Positions 19,655 through 28,955 of a stretch of 64,000 nucleotides of DNA are shown here, piece by piece; the stretch's first letter is position 1; every line of letters starts with the position of its first letter. Location: IMG/VR virus record IMGVR_UViG_3300008987_000001; one strand, 5' to 3'. The position numbers were made by a program, and so were the translations under genes. The DNA comes from a virus. Lineage: Duplodnaviria; Heunggongvirae; Uroviricota; Caudoviricetes. The notes under the pieces are model-generated. The model searched no databases and was not told the origin of the DNA. It worked only from the letters and a program-made list of their open reading frames with translations.

Positions 19655-22600
19655 TCAATATCGTCTGTATCCATTATTACACACCGTAAAATCTCTTGTA
19701 AATGCAAAGTAGCCTAAATTAGTTGACTTGCAAATCTTTAGGGTCATGTCCATAAGACCGCGAGGATCTGGTTTCTGCTCACCGAGGTAAATGTTGCAAA
19801 TGTTTCCACCGTCGAGTATCGGGAAGAATGCCTGCTCAATACGAATCTTTTCAGCGATTTGAATATCAGCATCTACCGGGACGTGCGTACCATTTGTATA
19901 GTAAATTGGCAAATCGCGTGATCCGGTCTCGGCATACTTTTTAATGGCAGCACGAACATCGCCTTTAACAAACTTATGAGCATCGCCATAGTTAAGTAGA
20001 TCAAGCACCGCGAACCTTTGTGCTGTCGTTTCTGCTGGAGTTCTTGAAAATGATAACTTAATATCTTGTTCGGTGGTCATTTTTTTGCAATATTTATTGA
20101 GTTCATTGCATATCTTCAATGTAAACATATGTGCTCCATTATCAGAATACAATGGTTTACCAAGCATAATCTCGCATACCTCATTCATACCAACGATTCC
20201 GATAGTGAATACGTAATCTGATAGGTCTAGGAATGGTGGAATTAATTTTCCAGTGATAGAATCTCGTTTTATATGTGTTGGAAATGGGAGCATGCCATTA
20301 TCTATACACTCGGTTATCCAACCGCGTTTAATTTTAAAAATCTCAATGGCTAATTGAATGTTTTGTTTGCACAATTCTATGAAAGTATCTATGTTACCAG
20401 TGGATTCATATGCATATCGTGGCATGTTGAGCGTTATTACCTGCGCAGAACCCATGGTAAAGTGCTTTCCATCTCTAAAGTATAGTTTGTTATCGAAATC
20501 TGGATCTCCTTCCTCGCCGCTTGAAAACGAAAATGCGCAATTCGAAGATACCATTCCTTGGGCAGTAATAAATAAATGATCTGTTACTTCTACTGGATCA
20601 TATACATCCCCATCATACGGAGATGTTTCTATCTTAACAATTGGTGATTCCCATTTACACTCTTTATTAATACACGCGAAGAAAGATTTAACTTCTTCTT
20701 GTTTATTAAGGGTTAATATATGTCTAGTTTTTCTGTTTGGTCGTTTATCTTCAACGATTGAATACTTAAAATCATATCCAAGGCTACCTGTCAATAACAA
20801 TACCCCTTCAGCTAATGGTTTTGAAATTGTATTCATTTCAATACGAAGAATTTTTGATTTTGTTCCATTCTTACGAAGGCATCCATCGCCACGATAATAT
20901 CCATTTATAAATGCCCATTTACATTTAATTGGGGCATTAAGAATGAATGTCGGAACTGTCATATCGCGACCTTTCATCGCAACACCAATTTCAATAAACC
21001 AATCATGAATCTTATTGCTGTGAATGAATACCGATGTTCCAGCACCCTTATTTACAGACTGTAATTTGGCATCATATCCAAACACATTTTTGATTATAGA
21101 AACGGTTTTATTTATTAAATCAACCTCATGTGATCCATAGCACCACATTAAATGTCTATTTGTTCCATTTGGACTGATCGTGCTACTTCCTTCTGCAGCA
21201 AATAAACCAAGTAAATAACAAAATTCAACATCATTTTGTTCTGATAAAAACTTTGGTATTTTACCATTCGTTGGTAATTCACAATTTATAAAGGCTACAT
21301 CGCCAATAGATAAATTCTTTAATTCTAATATTCCACGATTCTTTATCGGAATTTTATGATCAAATGTACCACATATTCTTCTTCCACCATCTATTTTAAT
21401 AGTATACACATATTCGTTTATATGGTGTATCATAACATGACTGAATCCATGATGTCCAGATGGTGTAACAACAACATCATCATGTTTGAGTTCTGATATT
21501 GGTATGATACGAACCATTCCATTGTCAACAATCTGAATTAACGTATCTGGTAACAACGAACACTGCATGCACGAAATGCCTTTTCCGGCCCCACGATACT
21601 GTGGAATCATGTTATCAAAATATGGGGTTCCAAATTTACTTGCTAATTGAAATGCTGAAAGATATAATTCCCGAATACTTGGGTAATCACCAGACACCCC
21701 ATGCTCATCCTCATATTCCATCTTTGCTATGTATTCGGGTTCGAACGCAATCTCTGGTTTTGGGAAGTAAAATGGTTTGCCTGCGTAATCACCTGCGAGC
21801 ATCACATCCATAAATGCCTTGAATAGCAAACGATTCTCGCGTTCGAACTCTCCATAAGTTTCTGGACCAACATTGCCCTTATAAATCGCAGGCTTGTCGT
21901 TCCACATTTCAGGTATTGAAGGCGATAACTGTACGGAACTGAAAATCTGCTGGCCGCCTCTCGAAGTAAGCATCTGCGTCATTTCAAAGATAAAACATTG
22001 CATATTCTGTTTAATTTCTTTATATGTACAATCTTTGAAATATGGTGACAAAAAGCACAGGAAATTATAGAATCCCTCGCCCCCGGCAAAGTTAACTTGC
22101 CCACTGCCTAAAGTCTTTGATGCGTGGAGTATTGCAACTTCTGGGCGCATTGCCGGTCCTGCAACTGATGTGTGCTCTCCTGTACCATCTCCTGTGAATC
22201 CATAATAAAATACATACCGTAGATCCCAATCAGCACAAAAGTATCTACTTGTGATGTATTCTAAATCATGAATGTGTAAATTACCATTAAGGTGTGCTTC
22301 AGATAAATGCTCTGGGAGCATTAAAAGTGCTTGTTCCTTTGCCAGTTGATCGGCTTTTCTTTTGTGTACGGTTTCTGGGGAACGTTGTAAATTGGCGTTA
22401 TCTCCCTTTCCACCACCAATATCAGTCATTCTCGCATCATACACTGGCATCCCAACACGAGTATATTTGCGCCGACATTCATTCATATCACGTTCTAAAA
22501 ACTTGGTATTAACAAACTCCCTAATAAGTGGGCCTGTTACTGGATCGATTTTTAGAACACTTAATGTATTATATACATCATCAACTATATCTTCAATTGC

Positions 22601-22696
22601 TTTTCCGGTGCACCCAGTTTCTTTACGCACAGAATCGATAACTTTATTTCTATCAAATGATTCAATAGATCCATCATCCTTCCTTACTCTTACCAA
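19655..22696 (-). CDS. Ribonucleotide reductase catalytic body with N-terminal ATP cone, interrupted by an intein; lacks its own glycyl-radical C-terminus (see 22923-23228)
   Basis: ATP-cone motif VRKDDGSIESFDRNKVIDSV. Extein is 672 aa after removing the 341-aa intein. A glutaredoxin and an NrdD-type GRD are encoded directly upstream on the same strand. Confidence 0.6.
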   Translation of the reverse strand: MVRVRKDDGSIESFDRNKVIDSVRKETGCTGKAIEDIVDDVYNTLSVLKIDPVTGPLIREFVNTKFLERDMNECRRKYTRVGMPVYDARMTDIGGGKGDNANLQRSPETVHKRKADQLAKEQALLMLPEHLSEAHLNGNLHIHDLEYITSRYFCADWDLRYVFYYGFTGDGTGEHTSVAGPAMRPEVAILHASKTLGSGQVNFAGGEGFYNFLCFLSPYFKDCTYKEIKQNMQCFIFEMTQMLTSRGGQQIFSSVQLSPSIPEMWNDKPAIYKGNVGPETYGEFERENRLLFKAFMDVMLAGDYAGKPFYFPKPEIAFEPEYIAKMEYEDEHGVSGDYPSIRELYLSAFQLASKFGTPYFDNMIPQYRGAGKGISCMQCSLLPDTLIQIVDNGMVRIIPISELKHDDVVVTPSGHHGFSHVMIHHINEYVYTIKIDGGRRICGTFDHKIPIKNRGILELKNLSIGDVAFINCELPTNGKIPKFLSEQNDVEFCYLLGLFAAEGSSTISPNGTNRHLMWCYGSHEVDLINKTVSIIKNVFGYDAKLQSVNKGAGTSVFIHSNKIHDWFIEIGVAMKGRDMTVPTFILNAPIKCKWAFINGYYRGDGCLRKNGTKSKILRIEMNTISKPLAEGVLLLTGSLGYDFKYSIVEDKRPNRKTRHILTLNKQEEVKSFFACINKECKWESPIVKIETSPYDGDVYDPVEVTDHLFITAQGMVSSNCAFSFSSGEEGDPDFDNKLYFRDGKHFTMGSAQVITLNMPRYAYESTGNIDTFIELCKQNIQLAIEIFKIKRGWITECIDNGMLPFPTHIKRDSITGKLIPPFLDLSDYVFTIGIVGMNEVCEIMLGKPLYSDNGAHMFTLKICNELNKYCKKMTTEQDIKLSFSRTPAETTAQRFAVLDLLNYGDAHKFVKGDVRAAIKKYAETGSRDLPIYYTNGTHVPVDADIQIAEKIRIEQAFFPILDGGNICNIYLGEQKPDPRGLMDMTLKICKSTNLGYFAFTRDFTVCNNGYRRY
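20540..21562 (-). mobile_element. Intein with LAGLIDADG homing-endonuclease domain inside the RNR gene (aa 379-719)
   Basis: N-terminal Cys (CSLLPDTLIQIVDNG block A). LAGLIDADG motifs FCYLLGLFAAEGS and KWAFINGYYRGDGC. C-terminal GMVSSN followed by +1 Cys. Confidence 0.6.
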
Positions 22697-22911
22697 ATTC
22701 CCAACTCCTTGATAGCACCAGACTTGTCATAGTATTCCCCATCAATATCAACGATTGGTGCTTCTACTAATGTTACAGATTTCATCAATAATTCCATTCT
22801 AACATCATCATCCTCAAGATCGCGTGTTATATATTTTATGTCTTTCGATTTTAATAAATTCTTTAAATCGTCACAGTTTGGACAAATTGGTAATGTATAT
22901 ATAATAATCAT
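22690..22911 (-). CDS. Glutaredoxin / NrdH-like redoxin
   Basis: CPNC active-site motif at residues 10-13. About 73 aa thioredoxin fold with PIVDIDGEYY. Confidence 0.55.
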   Translation of the reverse strand: MIIIYTLPICPNCDDLKNLLKSKDIKYITRDLEDDDVRMELLMKSVTLVEAPIVDIDGEYYDKSGAIKELGIW

Positions 22912-22922
22912 ACTATTTCCAT

Positions 22923-23228
22923 TTATAATGAATCATAACGAACGCGGCGTTTTAACTCTTCAACCTTAGCAGAATTCCAAGATCCATTTCCTACTGGACT
23001 ATAGTATCCTGTTATTCGTGATAATACCTGCACATCATGCGCACCACATTCCGGGCACATAAATTCACCACATTCCTCACAGACTTTTATACCATCAACA
23101 ACACCATGACTACATGAACCTGTATCTTGTGAACACATCGTTTCTGGAACCCGTTTACATTCTGGACAACAACCATCTATCAGGTCAGTGTCTGCTAAAA
23201 TAAGTTTACATGTCTGACACTTGAACAT
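22923..23228 (-). CDS. Stand-alone NrdD-type Zn-ribbon + glycyl-radical domain (probable ATG at 23228; the ORF track starts at a TTG at 23243)
   Basis: CxxC pairs (CQTC, CCPEC, CEEC, CPECGAHD) followed by VLSRITGYYSPVGNGSWNSAKVEELKRRVRY. The same layout as the C-terminus of anaerobic RNR as I remember it (RRVCGYLGSPDARPFNAGKQEEVKRRVKH). Confidence 0.6.
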   Translation of the reverse strand: MFKCQTCKLILADTDLIDGCCPECKRVPETMCSQDTGSCSHGVVDGIKVCEECGEFMCPECGAHDVQVLSRITGYYSPVGNGSWNSAKVEELKRRVRYDSL

Positions 23229-23250
23229 ATCATACAGGTGCAATTTGCTA

Positions 23251-23261
23251 ATATATAAGTG
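23251..23261 (-). promoter_or_regulatory. TATA-like box (CACTTATATAT in gene orientation) about 25 nt upstream of the GRD ATG
   Basis: Recurrent motif. Spacing fits an archaeal leaderless transcript. Confidence 0.4.
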
Positions 23262-23285
23262 TAGCGAAGGACGCCCACGACCATC

Positions 23286-23353
23286 ATGCTTGACAAAAGA
23301 AAAGGAAGAAGAAGATCTTCAACCTTTGTATTCTTTAGTCGGGGGGTACCATA
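23286..23353 (-). repeat. Intergenic structured repeat, copy E (between the PCNA gene and the GRD gene)
   Basis: TTATGGTACCCCCC ... GAAGATCTTC palindrome ... TTTTCTTTTGTCAAGCATG. Confidence 0.5.
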
Positions 23354-23395
23354 ATATACAATTTATCAATATATAAGGATTGTGTAGAACGAAGA

Positions 23396-24172
23396 TCATG
23401 TCTCCTTATCGATCATTGGGGCTACTAAGTATGCTAGGTTTAACCATGTGCATTCATATTCCACTTTAAATGGGGTATCATTACCAAGTATGATGTTACA
23501 TCCACTGAAATGCTTTGGGGCTGTAAAGATATCAGTAATGTAGTCTCCATGGATTCTGGTGCTATAGGATCCATCGACTTCTACTTCTACATGGTATGCC
23601 CGGTTATTATCGGTTGCATCATTTATAGTGAGGGTGTGATCTTGTAAGGTGATATCGTATTTGTTTTTGGAATTAACCATAGTGAGGATCTTTTTAATGT
23701 GTTCTGATGTGAGCGGTATGATTACATGTTCCCATTTTACTTCAGGGCCTTCGCGATCACGACGGTCCACATTAGGATCTGATAATGACGCGCAGTTGTA
23801 TACAAGTCCATCATCATGAAATACCAAGGAATTGTTGTTGTGATATATCTGCACCACATCAGATTTAATCCCTTTGATGTTTACTAGGTCGATTGCAATG
23901 GATAGGGGTGTTGCAATGGTTGTTTTATAATTCAGGACAATGAATGCAACATTTGCTGTATCAGTTGAATGTATGATAATTCCATCTTCAGTAAAGTGTA
24001 TTTTTGTAGATGATATGATACCCAGTGCATTGATAAATGATTGGAATTGTGAGAGTTCACAAATGAGTGTACCAAGTGATTTCATGTAAGTAATGTACGT
24101 TGCACTAGTATATTTATTTATTCGACAATTCCAACCATATGATATCTTCCTTGGTAGGCTTACCATACCCAC
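23396..24172 (-). CDS. PCNA-like DNA sliding clamp
   Basis: 258 aa with the two-domain pattern (IHFTEDGIIIHSTDTANVAFIVL...; second half ...ITLQDHTLTINDATDNNRAYHVEVEV...). Confidence 0.55.
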   Translation of the reverse strand: MGMVSLPRKISYGWNCRINKYTSATYITYMKSLGTLICELSQFQSFINALGIISSTKIHFTEDGIIIHSTDTANVAFIVLNYKTTIATPLSIAIDLVNIKGIKSDVVQIYHNNNSLVFHDDGLVYNCASLSDPNVDRRDREGPEVKWEHVIIPLTSEHIKKILTMVNSKNKYDITLQDHTLTINDATDNNRAYHVEVEVDGSYSTRIHGDYITDIFTAPKHFSGCNIILGNDTPFKVEYECTWLNLAYLVAPMIDKET

Positions 24173-24727
24173 AGTGAAGGCAGTATGATATACCCAACTT
24201 AAAATCTGGAAACATATATTGATGACAGCGTGGGCACTTCAACTTTGCCATAGAGTTATATACTTTATGGCTCTTGTATAAAAAAGTATAGGGTTACTTT
24301 ATTAGATAGTTAGTAAGGCTTGCAATCCTTCTTCGTCAAATATATTTGTGGATTCAACTGTAATCATGAGATCATAAGTGACACCTGTTGCATAGATACA
24401 TCCTTCAGCAACATGAGGATATGTAGCATCATAGTCATTCATGAGTTCAACAATTGACTGTTTAATTTCATTAAGATCCCGAGCAAAAAAGTGATCAGTA
24501 AAGGAATGATCTTCACCAATAACTGTATAATTTATACGATAGACACCAATCAAAACATCACCAACAATATATATAATACCATTATTAATCACTCACCACT
24601 AATACTTTTGATGGGCCGACTACTGCCACTTGTATCGTGTTGTATGGCTCTATACATTTACATTCAACTCCTTCTCTACTAATCAATGCTTCAACCAAAT
24701 CATACGTCGAAACTGCTGTCAGATCCA

Positions 24728-25450
24728 TTATTGTAACCACCTCTTTAGATAATTACCATCACGCTTGTAGTATATATGGGCATCAACATTGATGTCTTCG
24801 TAAAAGCCGACCTCACATTGGCACCTTGCTGCTATTGCAGTATGAAGGAAATGTATAGCATAGATGTTAGCACCCATACCCAGTAACACATCACGTGATC
24901 GCCAGAGTGTAAACATATTCAATTTACCATCAACTATCTCACATTTGAGCCACTGGAGACAGGGAGGACTTCTGATGTTTGTATAATTCTCATCATATGG
25001 GCGCCATGTAATTGCACAGGCACGGCGAGTTGATTTGGAAGCATTAAGTCGCTTTACTATCTCATCAATCTGATCAATTTTATACTGACGAGTATAATAT
25101 CGCTTGACCCCATCAGATGAGATACGCTCTTCATTACGTAAGACTTCATATTCACACAGTCGTTCAAAATAGGTGTAAACGAAGTCATCTGACGTATTTT
25201 TAACTTCCCGAGTATCTTGTCCTAGTATTTCATCAACATAACTGTCAAGTGATTGTATGCCCATTGGATAATAATCTGCTAACTTGGCAATGTCTCTGGA
25301 TGGGTCAGAAACGTGCAATACTAATGTGTCCTTTGATCTCCAGACCAATTCTTCATCTTCGGTTTCAAACTCGCGGTGATTCCAAATAATGTATTGAATG
25401 GCTTGTTTATATGCTTCAGCCAATGTAGGTGTCTCAATCCCTTTAACCAT
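24728..25450 (-). CDS. Thymidylate synthase (ThyA) superfamily enzyme: thymidylate synthase or dUMP/dCMP hydroxymethyltransferase
   Basis: SPPCLQW (active-site Cys) and RSRDVLLGMGANIYA align with ThyA LPPCH ... QRSxDxxLGxPFNIASY. Only 240 aa and lacks the canonical ThyA N-terminal LLWFL region. Confidence 0.55.
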   Translation of the reverse strand: MVKGIETPTLAEAYKQAIQYIIWNHREFETEDEELVWRSKDTLVLHVSDPSRDIAKLADYYPMGIQSLDSYVDEILGQDTREVKNTSDDFVYTYFERLCEYEVLRNEERISSDGVKRYYTRQYKIDQIDEIVKRLNASKSTRRACAITWRPYDENYTNIRSPPCLQWLKCEIVDGKLNMFTLWRSRDVLLGMGANIYAIHFLHTAIAARCQCEVGFYEDINVDAHIYYKRDGNYLKRWLQ

Positions 25451-26260
25451 CTAAATAGTCTCCTCAATTATGTTATATTATACTTATCTTATTAATTCGT
25501 CCAGATCTTCTTGGAGATCGATAAGGTGCATTCGAAATAACTCAAGATCCACATCATTTACATCTGGATCATGAGATGCTTCATAAATTATACGGTGCAT
25601 TCGTTCCTTAAACTTAACATAATCCTCATCTGCCATACAGCGATAAGTTTCTATAATCATAGAAAGTAGTGAGTTTTACAATTATATATAATTGATGGGA
25701 AGATTATATGTTATGATCCCCTTTGATCTTCTCAATTCGTTCATCGATGTAATCAAGCACATCGTAATATGTTTCAGATATTATATACAATGTCTCGATC
25801 TTTTCACGAGGATCAATATCAGATCGTAAGAGGAAGGATTCAACATCAGCAAAGGTCTTGATTTTATACAATCCCATGGCTTCTTTATATGTCCCGAGTC
25901 GTTCGAAGTCTATCATTATATTTCCAGACAGGTAAAATATTCACAGTTGAACTCTTTACTTACGGGTAAATTATGAATTTCACACCACCCATCATCATTG
26001 AATGGCGCACAGTATAAACAGTTAGTACAGATAGGATCAATGTTATCAGAGCACATTGTGTAAAAAGTTATCTATCCATTATATATACGTTGTGAATGGT
26101 ACAACCTTTATACAATGATCTATTTCCTCAACTGTATATCCACAATGTGCACAATACAAAAAATGAATAATTGGATCTTTATGTGTAAATGACAATACCA
26201 TTTCATCATTGCACTTTGGACAAATGTATATAATCATGGTTATTACTTAATATTTCAATC

Positions 26261-26776
26261 TTAATTATATAGATTTAACCCTATACAATAGCAATCTTCC
26301 CAACTATCAGGAATATCCGTTGTATGATATGCTTTTGTTACTTCAGTATATTCGCATTCTAAACATGCCCATTCACACAATGCTCTCATTCCATCTGGAT
26401 AGAATCTATAACAATCAACCGGATATTTATGTTCTTCCCATACAGCGGGTGCAACAATACAAAAACACCCATTGCATTTAAGAACACGTTGAATTTCTCT
26501 GAATGTTAACCATGGATATTTTGCATGTTCAATCACGCTTGCACATATTACAATGTCGATGCTCGATGTTTCAATCTCATTCCAGTGATATGGATCCTTA
26601 ACTACTATATCTACATTTGGTCCATCTTCAATATCCATCCCAATATACTTACAATTTGTAAATAAATGTTTATGACTTCCATTTATATCGCACGAACCTA
26701 TTTCAAGGACCACATCATTATCACCCACATAATCCTTTGCGAAGTTACTAACTATGTCATATGAACTCTGATGCAT
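26261..26776 (-). CDS. SAM-dependent methyltransferase (class I)
   Basis: VLEIGSCDINGS motif I. Confidence 0.45.
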   Translation of the reverse strand: MHQSSYDIVSNFAKDYVGDNDVVLEIGSCDINGSHKHLFTNCKYIGMDIEDGPNVDIVVKDPYHWNEIETSSIDIVICASVIEHAKYPWLTFREIQRVLKCNGCFCIVAPAVWEEHKYPVDCYRFYPDGMRALCEWACLECEYTEVTKAYHTTDIPDSWEDCYCIGLNLYN

Positions 26777-26807
26777 TAATATATAATGAGGATTAAGTGA
26801 TATATAA

Positions 26808-27410
26808 ATGTATTTATGTGGTTTTTGTGGAAATGAAATAGATTTGCATCACAGAGATCAATTATGTTCATGTGGTGTCCCATTTAGACAAGGAATAATA
26901 TACAAACATGTGATAAATTATAACAATCTATCTATATACAATACATCATCAACTGATATTATACATCAAAAATTTAAAGATCTCCAACAATACACTTGCT
27001 CAGAATATTATGATGATGCAACAGATCATGAAGTTATGCATCAAGATTTATGTAACTTAACATTCGAAAATGAATCATTCGACATGGTAATTACACAAGA
27101 TATTATCGAACATGTAATTGATCCATTTAAAGCACTCAATGAAATAAATAGAGTATTGAGACCTAATGGATTTCATTTATGGACAATTCCAATTGACGAA
27201 GATATTGAAACAGCATCATGTACATATGAACTTTATCATGGAGATCCATTAAGGGAATGTGGTATAAAGGTATATACACTATTTGGATTTGATATAATTG
27301 ATATGATACCAAACACATCAATAATTGAAAAATATATTATATTTGAAAAAGTAGAAAATTTAAATTACAATTTATATATTTTAAAAACTATAAAAACTCC
27401 TTGTGAATGA
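26808..27410 (+). CDS. SAM-dependent methyltransferase (Methyltransf_11/23-like)
   Basis: DMVITQDIIEHVIDPFKALNEINRVLRPNGFHLWTIP. Confidence 0.45.
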   Translation: MYLCGFCGNEIDLHHRDQLCSCGVPFRQGIIYKHVINYNNLSIYNTSSTDIIHQKFKDLQQYTCSEYYDDATDHEVMHQDLCNLTFENESFDMVITQDIIEHVIDPFKALNEINRVLRPNGFHLWTIPIDEDIETASCTYELYHGDPLRECGIKVYTLFGFDIIDMIPNTSIIEKYIIFEKVENLNYNLYILKTIKTPCE

Positions 27411-28401
27411 TGTCCTGGCATACTCCATCCAATGCTCTATTTATTGCATCATTGCGACAAAACTGTGGGCAGTCATTGTTGGGTACAGTATTAAACACTT
27501 CATACATTTGCTCACTTTTTAGCACATCAGTAATACTTTGCTCATTTAGATTACCAATGTGATATGCTTTGTTTTGTCTATGGTGGATACATGCCCACAT
27601 TTGATTATCTGCAGTAATGACCGTGTTAAAGTACATGCCATGACACCGTGTATAGGGACGTTCAATCTCACCTACATGATCATACTTGTGGGTTGATGCA
27701 CGGATATTCAGTTTTGGGAATAAATCTTGTCCTTGCTTTATATATTCACTTACATCATTACATTCGCCAGTGAATGGTCGTAATTGAGCAAAATCAACAT
27801 GTAGACTATCAGCACGCTCAAAGAAATCCATGATGCCTGATAAAGTAGATTCACCAGTCAAGTATCCAAGACCAACAGATGTAATAGATTCGCTCACTGC
27901 ACGTAGTTGCATTAACTCATCAACATTATCAATTACATGCCAAAACTCTTCTTCCTCCATGCCATGGGTTAACTTATACATTGCAGGTGTTCCAGCATCT
28001 AATGATACTCTAAAGTATGTACAGCAATCAAGTATAGCACATCGAACATAATCATTGCACATAGCAAGTCCATTAGAGTTAAGTCCAATACTGATACCTG
28101 CATTCTTGAACATGTATAGTGCTTTGACAAAGTGAGGACTCATCATTGGCTCTCCCCCACCACTAATAACCACTGACTGAACATTCAAATTGCTCATTTG
28201 ATCAACAATTGAAGTGATTTGTTCAAGAGTTAACTCTGCGCCATTCTCCTTTACTCCCACACATTTTGGACATCGATTGTTACACTTGTTAGTTAAATCT
28301 AACTCGAATGATATGAGGGTTTCATGACCATGCACATAATTGTGGATTTTATCCTGATACTGTAGGATTTTCTCATTGGCATTGAAGTTGTTTAATTTCA
28401 T
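27388..28401 (-). CDS. Radical-SAM enzyme (probably sugar-modifying; not NrdG-like)
   Basis: CNNRCPKC = CxxxCxxC at residues 39-46. 337 aa, embedded in the glycan cluster. Confidence 0.55.
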   Translation of the reverse strand: MKLNNFNANEKILQYQDKIHNYVHGHETLISFELDLTNKCNNRCPKCVGVKENGAELTLEQITSIVDQMSNLNVQSVVISGGGEPMMSPHFVKALYMFKNAGISIGLNSNGLAMCNDYVRCAILDCCTYFRVSLDAGTPAMYKLTHGMEEEEFWHVIDNVDELMQLRAVSESITSVGLGYLTGESTLSGIMDFFERADSLHVDFAQLRPFTGECNDVSEYIKQGQDLFPKLNIRASTHKYDHVGEIERPYTRCHGMYFNTVITADNQMWACIHHRQNKAYHIGNLNEQSITDVLKSEQMYEVFNTVPNNDCPQFCRNDAINRALDGVCQDIIHKEFL

Positions 28402-28934
28402 GAAAAATACACCGCATTGTCAAAATTTGGCCATGCTTTATCCTTTTCACTTAATTGCGGGGATGTTTCAAACTCAATACATGATAAGGGATTCACTCCA
28501 CGCTCATGAGTTGGCGCATACACATTATCCACCTTATATATAATCTCGGTATCATCCTCAAGAATATGAATGCCATGAGCAAATCCTCTTGGAACCCATA
28601 GAAGGGGTCCATCAGCAGTTAGTTTATATGAGCCGATTTCACCAAATGTTTTGGAATATTGTCGCATGTCCATGAAGTAATCAGTAAGGGAGCCACGTGT
28701 GCAACGAACCAACTTCCCCTGATCATATGGGTAGCGCTGATAATGCATACCACGGAATACACCTGCTTGTGAACGTGAATGATTTTCCTGGATGAAGTCA
28801 AGTCGAATTCCATTATTTAGGAATTCCTTCTCGACATATGATTCCATGAACCACCCACGATCATCACCAATCCGCTTTGGATAAATGATCTTAATATCAG
28901 GCAACTCTTCATGCCTATAAAAAGTGAAAGCCAT
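28398..28934 (-). CDS. rmlC: dTDP-4-dehydrorhamnose 3,5-epimerase (RmlC-type cupin)
   Basis: FRGMHYQ ... LWVPRGFAHGI cupin motifs. 178 aa. Confidence 0.6.
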   Translation of the reverse strand: MAFTFYRHEELPDIKIIYPKRIGDDRGWFMESYVEKEFLNNGIRLDFIQENHSRSQAGVFRGMHYQRYPYDQGKLVRCTRGSLTDYFMDMRQYSKTFGEIGSYKLTADGPLLWVPRGFAHGIHILEDDTEIIYKVDNVYAPTHERGVNPLSCIEFETSPQLSEKDKAWPNFDNAVYFS

Positions 28935-28955
28935 TATATAGTATATAAGTTAGAT

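Noticed and set aside
19655-22696. Interpreting the RNR as class I (NrdA)
   Set aside because: No small-subunit (NrdB-like, ferritin-fold) gene is visible in the 64-kb window, and a glycyl-radical domain gene lies in the same operon. Class II cannot be excluded without a profile search.
27388-28401. Radical-SAM enzyme as the missing NrdG activase for the anaerobic RNR
   Set aside because: At 337 aa it is too long. It lacks the Gly-rich NrdG N-terminal context, and it is embedded in the sugar-modification cluster far from the RNR genes.
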